Positions 47,040-60,800 of a DNA stretch of 64,000 nt are shown piece after piece (positions within the stretch are counted from its first letter, which is position 1; every line of letters begins with the position of its first letter). Below the pieces are notes generated by a model. The model was not told the origin of the DNA. It worked only from the letters and a program-made list of their open reading frames with translations, and made no database searches. This stretch comes from Octopus sinensis (Eukaryota). Location: contig NC_043004.1 in the NCBI RefSeq assembly GCF_006345805.1, positions 25,544,001 through 25,608,000 of the forward strand, given 5' to 3'. The translations under genes were made by a program, and so were the position numbers.

Positions 47040-49064
47040 CAGTCTGTGACAACATCAAGGGTGCTTATGAAACTTGTTAAAAACTTTAGCACAAGCTCTG
47101 ATGTTGCATGATACAGCTAAAACTGAGGGGTTTTTGAGAGCACAATTCTGGCAAAGGTATGATAATGTATTGCTACAACATTTTGACCATTTGCTAGAAA
47201 TATAAGGTAAAAGAAAAGAAAGTTTGGATTTACTTTTAATCATCATTATCAGAGTCCTCAGTAATGCTTTCCTTGTCATCAGAGAAGCCACTAGAACCCA
47301 TATCCTCATCTGAATCATCTCCATTTTCCCCATCAGCATCTTCCATAGACTTGATGTGTTCTCATAGTCTTCTCAGATTCCTATTTGCTTTATCAATGCA
47401 TCCTTGAACAGTATTTGCTTTCAGATGATTAAAAGCACCTCTCAAATGTTGAACTATATTTTTGAATGTAGTGTCAGTTGCGTACTGCTTACCAACCCCT
47501 CCTTTTACAACAGCCCAGACAGTCTCAGTTGGTTGCAAATCCGAGTAATGCGGTGGTGAATATATTACTTCATATCTTTCATTTTGAGCCATTCTTGCAA
47601 TAACAGGAATTAAATTATCTTGGATACATGGATGCAGTTTATCCCATAACATAGCCTTCGTGTCACTACTATTAAGACCAATTAAATATTTTGTATACAC
47701 TTCTTGTAATGTTTTCATGTCATTCTTTCTCAGTATATTTTCAGGTAACTTTTTATGGTACTTGGCATTGTCCATCACAATAAGGGCATTGGATATATTT
47801 CTCCCTTTCAAAAACTGTAATAGCTGTCTCATCCATTTGACAAAGTATTCATGATCAAACATGTCATGGTAATCCTTCAGTTGTTTCTTTTCCCTTTCAA
47901 AGATATCATGCATATCCATCAGTAATCAAGCCCGTTGTTCATCCAATCCTTGATACTATGATCGGCATCTGTAATTTCAGCAATGAAATAATATCATTGT
48001 CCTTTGTGGCATGCAATAGTTGTAAGGTCTTGCTCACCATTTGGGTTGTATAATGATTTCTTGTGTCGACAGTAGTTCTTGTGAATGTAGCTTTCATCTA
48101 TATGAATAATCCTCTGACTTTTCTTTTCATTTACTTTCATCATTCACTTGGCATATTGGTCATGCATGAGCAAAATGTGTTTCTTCAGGTGGTAGATTTT
48201 ACTTTTTCTCCTTCCTCATTTGTATCCCTTGCACACAAGAAATCTTTGAACTCATCATTCTTTGATGTTTTGTTCAAACGATCCGAAGTCATGAAACCCT
48301 TGCTTACAAAAGAAAATCCAGTACGTCCTTCACCACAGTTCATGTCCTTGTTACTCTTCTTTCTCTAACAAATTCTTGCAATCCAGTGGTAACATATCAG
48401 TAACTGGGAATTACTCCTGGTTTTGCATTTCAATTTCCTGCGACAACTTTTGTGTTTACTGTATTTTCTTGTATGTATTCTTTCCATATGTTCTTCACAT
48501 CATAGCATCTTCTCATCATAGCATCTTCGCAATTCTTTTGCTGATGTTTGGAGTTTTGACTTTCTGACCAGTCCCCACTTTCTTTTGCTTCTCTTCATGC
48601 TCATGTTGAAGATAATTTTGTAATAGTAGAATGTTCAAATGCTTGGCTGTACTCAAGATATGAGAACAATTAGCTTTTTCAAAAGATGTAACTGCATCCA
48701 ACATCTCTTTACCAACAGTAAATGCTCCCCTTCCCAACGTCATTTTCTTCAATTCTTCTCCACCTTGGCATAATATTTGTACGGGAATCTGGTTTCTCAT
48801 GCAGTTTCTTCACTTGTTCTGTAGAGAGAGTGTTAGGACAATACATTTATACATACTTCGTCATACATTCTTAACAAACATGCATTAACATACCAAAACA
48901 TTTCTATTCTTAAATGTAATTAAAAATCCCTACAGAGAGGAAAAATAATTTATCAGGATATGAAATTTGCGGCAAGTTCCCTTGCTTTCAAGGGTGTTTA
49001 GGGCCTGGGAAATGATTAGTCGGTAGGGAAAATTTAAAAGTACTCTTGATGCTGTTGTGGACTG
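47040..49064 (-). mobile_element. IS630-Tc1-mariner element with a long D-E spacer (DD81E; Sailor/DD82E-like), decayed
   Basis: First D in IDESY (about 48090), second in IVMDNAKYH, E in SDLQPTETVW, with 81 residues between the last two. N-terminus LNILLLQNY...ISKRIAKML (48516-48800). Imperfect TIRs CAGTCTGTGACAACATCAAG / CTTGATGCTGTTGTGGACTG (15/20). Confidence 0.7.
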
Positions 49065-49369
49065 GCAATCAAACAAACAGATTTTCTTATGTAGACCCCT
49101 TTTTGGTGAATCATCTGTGTCAGTCATTTCAACTAGATTAGAATCTAATGTTGTGTCGCTATGCAGCCACCTTCATTTTCACCTCAAGCCTTCACACCCA
49201 TGAGGTAATTTGGTTTCCATCTCAACGTCTGTAACCATCCACCCTTTTACCTTTATTCCTGATGTTTTTCCTGTTCTTCCTTCATCTTTTCTGTATTTAA
49301 ACTCCCCTACAATCAGAACCTCCGGTGCCCCACCCACTTCTTTCATACCTTAACCTTCATCTGCTAGCA

Positions 49370-49600
49370 CAAAGGCTCTCACCTCTGGGACACAACCTTA
49401 CTAGTACCAGTAACACAAGAAAAACACCCAGTACACACTGTAAAATAGTTGGCATTAGGAAGGACATCCAGCCATAGAAACCATTCCAAAGCAGACACTG
49501 GAGCACAATGCAGTCATGAGATCCATTGGATGCTGTTGAACCATCTGGTCCATGCCAGCATAGAACATGGACGTTAAATGATGATGACGACGATGATTGT
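49370..49600 (+). mobile_element. Old RTE-type 3' UTR fragment
   Basis: GTTGGCATTAGGAAGGACATCCAGCC...ACATGGACGTTAAATGATGATG tail. Confidence 0.65.
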
Positions 49601-49616
49601 GTGTTAACCTTTCAAG

Positions 49617-49667
49617 GTCAGCTGCACTGCAACAATATGTCATCCATTCACTAAACCATTTGATAAG
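49617..49667 (+). CDS. Candidate 51-nt micro-exon (SAALQQYVIHSLNHLI)
   Basis: CCTTTCAAG| acceptor, AAG|GTATGG donor, length divisible by 3, phase-compatible with 28849-28882. No recognised homology. Confidence 0.25.
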
Positions 49668-50358
49668 GTATGGCACTAATTTGTTCGATAATCTACCACT
49701 GTATTCTAATGTCTTTCAGTGGTGCCATCCAGATGATATATAGCCCCAGATTATCATCTAGATGATGACCTGGTGCTATATTGTTAAATATTCTTCATTG
49801 AAACAATGAACCATTAATTGCCATGTAAAAACAAACCATTCCTCACTAATAAAAGCATGATCCACTGCTTCAACTATTTATAGATTCATTCACTAGATTT
49901 GGAAAATATTTTGCATTCTGTTATATTAAATGAGTTGCCATGATGACATTTAATATCTGATCTCTTGTCCTGTGTGTGTTTATGTATGTTTCTACAAATG
50001 GCAGGAGATTGTGGGGGTGAGTTTGTGTGAGCGTGTCTTTTTTAGATACACGCCCTGAGTGTACATGTTCAAATATATCTATATGTATACCTGTGTTTTT
50101 ATATGTCTGTGTATCTATATCTGTCTATATGTGCATATGTATATGTTCTAACACTTGTTTAAGGCACTATGTTCCTCTTACTTTATGGTTTTAATCTTCC
50201 TGAACTGATTGTCGTCTTCCATGAAGAAACAATGGAAGATTGCATTTGGTGGAGATGAAATACAAACAGAAGTATAACTCTTGTGAACTGATACAGCTCC
50301 ACCATAAAATACTACTTATGGCATCAATAACGCTTGTCATCATACAGATATTTATATA

Positions 50359-51221
50359 CAGGATGTTCAGGCTAAATTTGTCTCCTTTTTTCAGGATCTT
50401 GATGTATTGGTGAATTGTCAATGGCATTGGAGAGCATAAAGATTAAGATTGTAGTTGAGAAAAAGTTAACTGATATGAAGATTGGAAGCCATCTATATAT
50501 ATATTGGAAAGAGTTGCATGTATCATGATGATTCGCACTAGGTATCAAAATACCAACATTACAACTGCTGCTCAATGATCTATGAACACTGTAAAGGCTG
50601 CAAGACATGACAAGACATCATAAAAACCAAGTTCCTCCAAACCAGGTGTGTCTTCTGTGAGGATGATGTCATGCCACCCCATATCTTTGAACAGAGCCTT
50701 AAGCTCAATTCAGCCAGCTATGTAAAGCTGCTAGAGACTGTGTTCAAACCCAGGTTAGAGAGGGTTACTATTGGAAAGCCATGTGTGTGTGACAGCAGGA
50801 GTTGATGCTAGAGTCAGAATTTCTATAACTTCACTAGTTCTAATTTCTGGCCTCCTTATTCCCCTTATTCCTCCTTATTCCCCTGATTTTAACCCCCTAG
50901 ATTTCTGTGTGTAAAGCATGGTTGCAAAAGACACCAACCATTCTGTCTGCATCACCAAGGCCAAGCTGGTGGCCAAGATCAAGAAGATATTTGAAGATCT
51001 TCTCAGAAAGAGTGAGCAACACAGGTGCCAGGTTCTGGAGCTGTCTTGAGGTTGTGATGAAAGCTGATGGAAGCTACTTTGAGCAAACTGGTATATCCCA
51101 ACCATTATCTAGTTCATATTAAAATTTTTCTTTTAAAATACTTTTATTTTTGGGTGGGATGTTGTGTTTTGCTTTGCTTTTATGCAAGCTATCAAATTTT
51201 CAAATTTAACCTGAACCTCTG
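50359..51221 (+). mobile_element. Internally deleted maT/DD37D-like element
   Basis: TA|CAGGATGTTCAGGCTAAATTT ... AAATTTAACCTGAACCTCTG|TA TIRs with TA TSD; remnants HIFEQSLKLNSASYVKLLETV, PDFNPLDF, FWSCLEVVMKADGSYFE. Confidence 0.85.
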
Positions 51222-51520
51222 TATATTCTCACACATATAAACTCACATACACATGTATAAATATGGGGACACATTGATACAAACATACATGATATCTATT
51301 CATATATCTATAGAGTTATTTTGTCATGAGGCTGATATTCCTGTTTGTGTGTTGGTGTGTGTTATAGATACACCTCATCTAGGCCGTCCCATAGATATAA
51401 TTGTATCTAAATACTTATATACATACATAGTTATATACAAATGTATGTGTGTGTGTATGTATATATATATCTATATATATATATATCATGCTAGCACGGA
51501 AAACAGACATTAAACAATGA

Positions 51521-51570
<50 letters not shown>

Positions 51571-51934
51571 GCATGCATACATATCATCATCATTATATCT
51601 GCTTATATACATATGGGGTCAGCAGATGAGATCCAGAGGTTCTCAATATAGAAAACAGTGCTCAAATGATTTGAACTTACACTCTGAAACCACTTCACTC
51701 TGAAAGACCATAAACCCAACTTCTCCACCAAACTTTCCATTAGACTGATCTTTCCCACTAAATTAGACTTGAATTAGCAAATGCATAATTGACTGAAACC
51801 TATCTCTAGTTAGGAGTAAGGTTAAACTTACACTTTGTAATTGTATTGGGGATGTCATCACATGGTTCCACTCCATTCCTGATCATCATCATCATCATCA
51901 TCATCGTTTAACGTCTGCTTTCCATGCTAGCATA

Positions 51935-52400
51935 AAATTAATAGGCAACCACTTTGCACATTCACACAAATACCATAAGATCTTCAACAGAAACACTGTT
52001 AAAGTTAGCTGTCCACTAAATAATAACTGTCTGGAAAAAGAACTTATATACAAGGCCAAAATCATGGATTCCAATGGAGTAACAAAGATGTACATCAGAA
52101 TGACGGGCAACTCATTCAAGGAAATATACAACACCTGATGTTATTCAGGGACAAAAATGTGACATCCCTATGCAATATGATATGGACATTGAAAGAAGGT
52201 GTAAGCAACCCACAAATAACATGGAGCATTATTGCTAAAGCCAGAAAATACAGGGGACAGGGTACCATATATGAGCTTTGTATCACTGAAATACTATATA
52301 TCATCCAGTCAACAGTTAACATCTAAAATATTAGGGATGAAACCATCTCTCCCTGCATACACAAGCAATGTTTTACGCTCTAACATCTCAAAGAGGAATC
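51935..52400 (+). mobile_element. Penelope-like GIY-YIG endonuclease remnant
   Basis: CPLNNNCLEKELIYKA...MYIRMTGNSFKE and TSLCNMIWTLKE...ITWSII.KA..Y...LCITE. Confidence 0.75.
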
Positions 52401-52919
52401 ATCACTCACTCTGCCAATCCCACAAGGATAATTTCTTTTCCTGCACAAGAACATTGAATATATACAAAACACGAACTTCACACATGGATGATACATGCTC
52501 CCACCCACCAATGAACTCCCTCAGCACACAAACATACAAACATCACATATACTCAGAATATAATGTAATATAATATAATGTAATTTAATATAATATTATA
52601 TAATGCACAGTCTGTTTTTCCTAAAAGTCAAACTCAAGGGAGATAATCACTCAAAAGGTGTCATCCAAGAATAACATACCTTGATTTCTTTATGAGACAT
52701 TTTTGTGAATTCCCGAGATCTTTTGTGTTTTCATCCAAAATGGAGATGAACCACACCCCTTTATGTGATTGGCTGGAAAAATTATTATTGTGTATTATTA
52801 TTGTGTATGGTTGCCTCAATACACAAATAAAGAAATTTTATCTGAAGTGTGATGTTGAGCATTCTTTCTAATTGTTCAACATTTACATGTATAATGTGTG
52901 TGTGTGTGTGTGTGTGTAT

Positions 52920-53085
52920 ACCACCTGCACTGACATTTAATCCTCATACTTGCAACATCCATGGGCTTCTTTGCAAATTGTTGACAGGACTCAAATGTCA
53001 CATTCAACATAAGCATTATGACTGGCAAAGAAAATGTAGGTTGTCAGATCCTCATACGTCATGACTGACAAGAGAGTCCATCATG
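52920..53085 (+). mobile_element. 3' end of the RTE-BovB-like LINE family seen at 7166-8215
   Basis: Shares TTTGCAAATTG..GGACT.AAATGTCACATTCAACATAAGCATTATGACTG with 8105-8165. Confidence 0.7.
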
Positions 53086-53277
53086 TATGTGTTTATATAG
53101 GTATATATGATTTATTCCTTTTTGTTTTCATTGCCCAAATCCATCCTATAATCTTTGGGGGGCCTTGGGCTACAGCGATAAAAACTTGCCCAAGGTGCCA
53201 TGCTGCAAGTCTTCATTTTAGAACCACATGGTTGGGAAGTGAGTTTTTTAAACACTCATCCATACACATTATACTTA

Positions 53278-53677
53278 GGAGTGGCTGTGTGCTAAGTAGC
53301 TTGCTTACCAACCGCATGGTCTCGGGTTCAGTCTCACTGCATGGTACCTTGGGCAAGTGTTTTCTACTATAGCTTTGGGCCAACTAAAGCCTTGTGAGTA
53401 GATTTGGTAGATGGAAACTGAAAGATGCCTGTTGTATATGTATATATATATTTATATGTATGTGTGTGTATATGTTTGTGTGTCTGTTTGTCCCTCCAAC
53501 ATCGCTTGACAACCGATGCTAGTGTGTTTATGTCCCCGTAACTTAGCAGTTCGGTAAAAGACCGATAGAATAAGTACTAGGCTTACAAAGAATAAGCTCT
53601 GGGGTTGGCTTGCTCTACCAAAGGCAGTGCTCCAGCATGGCCGCAATCAAATGACTGAAACAAGTAAAAGAGTAAAA
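53278..53677 (+). mobile_element. SINE family A
   Basis: Full head-to-tail match; an inverted head remnant lies just upstream (about 53165-53245). Confidence 0.85.
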
Positions 53678-54804
53678 ATGTGTTCATTATGATTGTAATA
53701 CACACTTAGACACATGCCCAAATAAACCTAATGCACAAATTTCTACATGTTTTATATTGCTTCTGCATATATTCGCATGACCAATTTATAAAGCTTCATG
53801 TATACATGTGTATAGATGTATATATTATTAAAGATTTATCTCTCAGTCTGTTCTGATTGAACAAATCTATGAACAAAGGAGTTCCTGCCATGACCCTCCC
53901 ATCTGCTTTGTATATATAGGAACATTATTCAATGTGCACTTTCTTTCTTAATAGTGGTAGTATCATTGTAAATAGCTGCTATTTCTAGCATAAGTACAAT
54001 CCTGTAGTTGATCATTTGTACGTTATTTTAATATTTCTATGTGTGTGTGTGTGTAGTTATGCACACACACTCACACATATACAGACAGATTGATTGATAA
54101 ATAGATGTTATGCTAAAATCTCAATTAGATCATCTAGCTGCCAGTGAACAGAGTCACATGCTACTGATGCAGTTCTGTTACAGTAAATACCACCTCACCT
54201 CTTCACACATCCTCCTATTACATCCACTTTCTACAACTGCAGTACCCCAACAACTGCTGCTGTTTCTAATGCTGCTACTATTACTGCTTCTATCTCTAGC
54301 ATCAAAATACTGTTTTCTGTTTATCTTGCTCTCTCTCACTTTGTTCCTACTCAAATACAGTCTTACTCTTCACAAGACAGTGAAGAAACTGGTATGTAGT
54401 CACTTGACCTTTTAGATATAGTAACCAAATCTCCTTCAAATCCCTCCCTCACTACTGCCATCAAACAAGGTCTCATTGTTTTATGTTGTCTTAAATATAC
54501 AAAACAATGAAATAGTCACTACTGGAATGTATGAGATGAATAATGACCACCTTGGACCTAAACTATTGCTGTGGCTGCTGTTTGTCAAACACTATTATAT
54601 ACCACTTCTACCATCTACATCTTGATCTTCACTCCTATTTTACTCCCTTACTTTCTTCACATTTATATTTCTCCCCACTTTTCCTCCACATCACACCATA
54701 TACATACACATACAGACATATGTATGTATGTGTGTGTGTGTATGTATGTCTGTCTGTCTGTATGAATGAATGCATGCATGCATGCGTGTATATGTATATA
54801 TACA

Positions 54805-55016
54805 CTGAACACCTTTTTGATCTTCATGTGTCTAACACACGTGGACATGCCTACAAAGTCAGAAAACAACACAGCTCCCATGACTTTCGGAAACATTTTT
54901 TCACGCTCAGAGTTGCTGAAGCATGGAACAAACTGCTTGTGTCAGTTGTTGACTGCCATGACACTGCATCCTTTAAGGCCCTCATGCTTTCCGAAATCCG
55001 CCGAAACTACACCTGA
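54805..55016 (+). mobile_element. CR1/L2-clade LINE 3' end
   Basis: TRGHAYKVRKQHSSHDFRKHFFTLRVAEAWNKL, the typical TRGH..K...FF..RV...WN.LP terminus. Confidence 0.8.
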
Positions 55017-55316
55017 TTATACATATACTTTAGATGAGTTGTAGTGCATTTGAGCACTGTACACAATGTTTTATTATTATTTTTTTTTATATCATCATCA
55101 TCATTATTTAACATCTGTTGTCCATGCTGGCATGGGTTGGATGGTTTGACTGAGGCTGGTAACCTGAGAAGCTGCACCAGATCCAGTCTGATTTGGCAAG
55201 GTTTCTACAACTGGATGCCCTTCCTAATGATAACTACTATGAGAATGTAATGAGTGCTTTTACATACCACTGGCAAGTATGCCAGTTACATGACACCAGC
55301 ATCAGCCACATTTATA

Positions 55317-55831
55317 TCTATATATATATAAAACTGTAGTTGTGTGAGTGTCTGTCCCCTTCGATTTAGATTCCTAACTACTCCCACATTTTGCGGTGCA
55401 GTTTAACCAAATTCGGGTATCTTATAGTCGTGATTCATATCGAGCCCGTCTGGGTATTAGCGCGCGTCTACGATGAGTCTACGATTTTAAAAATAATTTA
55501 ACATAATTTTTTATTCCATTTTAATGCATAATTTTTCGTGTGTCGATGGCGGCGGAGTTGGCGTCCATGGTCACACCTGCACCTGTTTGCTTCTCCCCCT
55601 TCTTCCCTCCCTCATGAAGCTGTGGGGAAGGGAGTGTAAGGAAATTAACGTCGTAAAGCGTTGTCAAGGAGACCAGCGTTCTTTTAGAACAACAACTTCA
55701 TGGCTTGAAGGCACCAAAACAGAAATGGCTAAGAAAGCCCGAATTGGCATCTATAAGGGAAGTAACTCTCTAAAAATGCTTATATAGTTATTTCCCTTAC
55801 AAACCCGAGCAACGCCGGGCGATACTGCTAG
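55317..55831 (+). mobile_element. Non-autonomous Helitron family A
   Basis: A|TC 5' end, 3' hairpin CCCGAGCAACGCCGGG followed by CTAG|T, no TSD. Confidence 0.85.
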
Positions 55832-56104
55832 TATACAATAAAACAGGAAATTGGAAAAAATTTTTTAGTATTATTTATTCACCAAAGATTTTCTTCTAAT
55901 CTCCTGTTTTGGTATATAACTACTCTACAAAGACTTTTCCTGTCTTTTTCAACTTTTATATGCACTCCTCATAAATACAACATCTACATACAGTTTTGAA
56001 GAACTGGAATCTGCAGATGTACTTCAACAGGATACATATTGCATTATAACCCTATCTACATACTGTGTGTGTGTGTGTGTGTGTGTGCATAAATATGTGT
56101 ATGT

Positions 56105-56530
56105 TTTATCTTTTACTTGTTTCAGTCATGAATCTGCAACTATGCTTGGGCACCACCATTAAGAATTTTAGTCAAATGAATCGACCCCAGTACTTCTCTT
56201 TCTCTTAAGCCTGGTACTTATTTTATTGCTTTCTTTTGCTGAACTGTTTAGTTATAGGGATGTAAACATACCAACACCTGCTGTCAACTAGTGGTGGGTA
56301 TCAAACATTGTTACAAAGACACACATGTGCACCAACACACATATACATGCATGTATATATATACACCCACATACGATAGGCTTCTTTCAATTTCTATCTA
56401 CCTCATCTACTTGCAAGGCTTCGGTCAACCTGGAGCTAGAGCAGAAGACACTTGTCCCAGGTGCCATGCAGTGGGACTGAACCTGGAACCATGTGGTTAG
56501 TAAGCAAACTTCTTACCACACAGCTACACA
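56105..56530 (-). mobile_element. Degenerate SINE family A
   Basis: Tail TTTTACTTGTTTCAGTCA and head match the family. Confidence 0.7.
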
Positions 56531-56543
56531 CACATATACATAC

Positions 56544-56622
<79 letters not shown>

Positions 56623-57019
56623 ATATATGTACATACTTACATATATATGTATATATACATGCATATATGGGTACAGGATGTCAAAAAAAGTGAACAAAAT
56701 GAAAACCGAGAACATACAAAAACAAAAACATGGTAAACGAACTTTTTTCGGACAACAAAAGAAGCAAATAGAGAAACGAGACAGGCAACATAAAGAACAA
56801 TCCCTTCATCAGTTGTCCCCTCTTTTATATACTCCACGTTTCGAAGGTTGGGACAAGTTTATTGATGAAAACAAGCTTTGGTGATATTGTCGAACTCATG
56901 AAATAACACAACACTTTTATTTTATTTTATTTTCCTGATCTTCATGACTCTGACAAACACTGCCATTTTATCAGGAATCCCTTTGTACTCTCTGTTAGTA
57001 ATCTGCAAGACAATTTTAT

Positions 57020-58079
57020 TTAGCGATCTGGAAACAATTTATTTCAAGCTCAGTTCATTAATTTAGTCAATGATGGGGGTGCAAAATGCTTTTTCCATGG
57101 AATGTGCTGTTTTGACTTTTGGATTGAAATGGCACAGTCATATCCTGATGTTGCAAAGATAGCTCTTAGAGTATTGATGCCATTTCCAACCACCTCTGAA
57201 TGTGAGGCCACATTTTCCACTCGCCTTGCCATCAAAATGAATTAACGAAATTGACGGGATGTCATACTAGAAATGAGGGTTGCCCTCTCCAAAACAGCCA
57301 AACATAAAAGAGTTGGTTACTGCAAAGCAGGGGCATCCATCACACTGAACTTTGCTCTGAATAAAATAAAGGATGATCTGCATTTGTAAATAAATAATTT
57401 ATTATATAATTTTTTTTGTTATCATGTTATGTATCAGGGATTCAGGAAAAGGAATGGCAAACATTCAGGAAGGAGCAGAAGACAGTTCTAAAATTGTGGT
57501 CCAATTGGCAGAAACTTCTGTACATTTTTGGATGCTATTGCAATTCTTCTCCTGAAAATAGCTAAATTGATTGAAATGTACCTTTTGGATAATGAATATG
57601 AGGAATGATCTGCCAGTGGGGAGGAATAGCATCCCAAAATATGGAGAATGTTGAAGGTGATACCAAAGGCTCAAGAACCATTGTTATGTACATGTATCTA
57701 CTGTAGTTTTTGGTGTATGACCTATGGTTTCTGGTTGCTAAATGGGCATAAATGTGTCTTACACAATTGTTAACACAGGATGCTTGAGATATTTTTGGAC
57801 TGTTTTCATTTCTAATTTGTTTTGTAACCAATTGATCAACTGATTCCCCATATTTTCATGCATATTTATTGTATCCCTGTGGAGTGTTGCGTGGATCAAG
57901 TTGTAGTTTTCAGGGTTGTGGGTCTATGGGCAGTGCAGTTCATAGTCCAGAAATTATGGTACAAGAATGTGTCATTTTTTCCAAGTTAATTATCCTGCAT
58001 TTTATAGGAGACTGTGAATCATTGAAAAACTGTAAAGGAACTGGCTTGTAAAATTTTTTGAAAAGTTTGAGAACCACTG
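57020..58079 (+). mobile_element. hAT (Buster/Charlie-like) transposon 3' end
   Basis: Dimerisation-domain remnant FWIEMAQSYPDVAKIALRVLMPFPTTSECEATFS...GHPSH*; terminal GTTTGAGAACCACTG followed by CAATAAAC (nnnTAnnn). Confidence 0.8.
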
Positions 58080-58181
58080 CAATAAACACACACAGACAGA
58101 TATACCCCAAAAGCTACTCACATACACTTACTGAAATCTTTAACCTGTTGTGTTAGGAGGAAGTATATATACATATATGTA

Positions 58182-59234
58182 CAGGGTACAGTGAATAAAC
58201 TGTTGTCTAAATTACACAAAATGAAAACAGAAGACTATTGAGCCTTATTTGATAACCAGTTGATCTAGTTGATCTAGCAAGTGGGGCCTCATATCAGTGA
58301 GGGAGGCCAGTGCGCATTAATGCTGTTGAGAGGTTGGCTCTGAAATGGCACACATTTTCTCCTGATGACCGCATACACTTGCTGGCTTCCAATATGTTGA
58401 GCTCTCGTCCGGTAGCACTTGCATGTGCAAGATGTTTGCAAAACATCAGAAAAATATCTTGAAATACTAGAAAATAAATTTATTCAATAAAATCGCCATT
58501 GGCTTCAACCACAGCCTCCTGACAACTTTGGAATCTCCTGCAACTCTTCTGGACAGTCTTCTTGTTTAAGTTGGTGAATGTTGCCATAATCCTTGTCTTC
58601 AGTTCATCTTTGGTGTTATAGGGTGTTACAGGGAGACTCTTTCTCAACTGTGCCTCACACAATAATCAAGAAGGTTGCAATCTGGGGAGTTAGGTGGCCA
58701 CATGTTAGGGGTGATGTGGTTGCAGAAATTGTCTGACAGCCATGACTGAATTCTCCTGCATGTGTGGCATGATGCAGAATCCTGATATAAGGTCTTCCAG
58801 CAGCCACCCTCTTGACCCAGGGCAGCACTACCTCCTCTAGGCACTTGATGTAAGCCTCCATGTGAGTGTGAGGCTGTGTGGGAAGACGAATGGAAGCATA
58901 ATGTTACCATCACTAGTGATCACTCCAAACACCTTGATGTTGACTGGATGTTTGATTTTTTATCTCTCTTGGTACATCTCCACAAATTACACTGTTCTCA
59001 GATTGACACCCAAACACTCTGAAATGTTCGTATTGGAGCTTCCAGCATGAATGCCAAGCAGTACAGCATGTTTCCAAGTTTCTGGCAGAGTGAATTGCAT
59101 CATGATGCTGGTTTTCTCATAGACTGTGCCCAACTGATTCTACTGTACTGTGTAGTCACCAAAATCAAAAAACAACCAATGTGCATGCATGAAATAAAGA
59201 ATATAAAATGGCAAAAATTTACCCTCGCAGCCTG
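58182..59234 (-). mobile_element. Internally deleted maT/DD37D-like element
   Basis: TA|CAGG...CCTG|TA imperfect TIRs; WPPNSPDCNLLDY and NTKDELKTRIMATF...VEANGDFIE*. Confidence 0.8.
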
Positions 59235-59244
59235 TATATATATA

Positions 59245-59985
59245 TCTCTTATTATAAAAGGCAGATTTTATCTGCCTCTCTTTGTCTCTTATAGAAATCT
59301 ACAATATAGCATTTCTTCAATTACAATTTACCTAGCATTTTTAAGAGTAAAATACATCGGGTCGTGCCAGGTACAGTTTTTCAAATTTCACCCCCAATTA
59401 AGCAAAATTTCGAGAAAACTCACATTGTGGTGTGTAAGTGAAGTGCTTTTCTTAGTGTGGGCTACAGCACACACACACACACACAAATGGAGCAAAATGC
59501 TTCACTCATGCTATCACCCTAATTTCTCCTCCTTTCTCTTTGCAAGTGTGCAACGATTAAAGTGAAAGTATTTATATAAAACGAGAGAAGTGTACCTTAA
59601 ACCACTACTCAAAAAAAAAAAAACACAGCAAACAAACAAATAAATACATAACGATTTACTCCTCACACAATTTCCTCAATTAGAGTTTACCTATGATTTT
59701 TCAAAGTACCTCCATTCGGTCATGGCATACAAAATTTCTTTCAATTTCACCCCCATTTCAGAAAAAATTCGAGAAAACTAAATATTTTACCATTTCACTC
59801 TTTCACTCTGCATATTACTCCCACTTCCTCTTTACACACATAGACACGCAAATATATAAATAAAATTGTAAGCTAACGTGTGTGTGTGTGTGTGTGAGGG
59901 TGCGTGTGTGTCTGTTGTCTGTGTGTGCGTGTGTGTGAGTGTGTGACAGGGATGAGCCAGTCAGACTGGTCATCCTTTTTGCTAG
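59245..59985 (+). mobile_element. Non-autonomous Helitron family B
   Basis: A|TCTCTTATTATAAA 5' end with an AGGCAGAT-TTT-ATCTGCCT hairpin; 3' hairpin GGATGAGCCAGTCAGACTGGTCATCC then CTAG (followed by A rather than T). Confidence 0.65.
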
Positions 59986-60299
59986 AAGATCACCTATGGT
60001 CTTTTATGCTACACCACTGGTTTTCTGTTCATATTAATCAAATTAATATTCACAACAAGAAGGACTATTCATTATAATACATCAGTTCCACACATTTACC
60101 CTGGTTCCATTTCGGACAACTGCACAAACATTTGCCATTTCACACATGTATGTAAACAAATTCCTTTCTTAAAAATTTCAATTCATTTTCTTTTTCAATT
60201 CATACAAAGTTTTTTAGGACGAATATAAGATCTAAAGTATATCCAAGTAGCAGAAAGATCACCCAAAAGTGTATATAGATATTTAAATGTATTTATATA

Positions 60300-60689
60300 C
60301 TAGCAGTATCGCCCGGCGTTGCTCGGGTTTGTAGAGAGTTATAGCATTTTTAGAGAGTTATAGCCAAAAAATAGGAAAAAAATGCATTAAAAATGGAAAA
60401 AAAATTAAGGTAAATTTCTTTTTAAATCGTTGACACATCGTAGATATTTTTAGAGAGTTACTTCCCTTATATAATAGCGAAAAAAATGCATTAAAATGGA
60501 AAAATATGATGGTAAATTTTTTTTAAATCGTAGACTCATCGTAGACGCGCGCTAATACCCAGAAGGGCTCGATATGACTCACGACTATAAGATACCCGGT
60601 TTTGGTTACACTGCACCGCAAAATGTGGGAGTAGTTAGGAATCTAAATCGTAGGAGACAGACACACAACTTCACTCTTATATATAAAGA
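60300..60689 (-). mobile_element. Non-autonomous Helitron family A
   Basis: Reverse complement of the 55317 copy (shorter), with A|TC and CTAG|T termini. Confidence 0.85.
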
Positions 60690-60800
60690 TATAAGTCACG
60701 TAGTTTATACACATACTTTGTTATATACACATTCTTAAAAGAAAATGTTATTTTGAATACAACGTTTATAAAGAATAAAATATTTTTTGGTTTTTCTTAA

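Noticed and set aside
56780-56860. Hammerhead ribozyme on the minus strand (CCTTC-GAAAC ... CTGATGA-AGGG)
   Set aside because: Both core halves are present, but I could not form stem I or place a valid cleavage triplet in any topology; probably a PLE terminal-repeat fragment.
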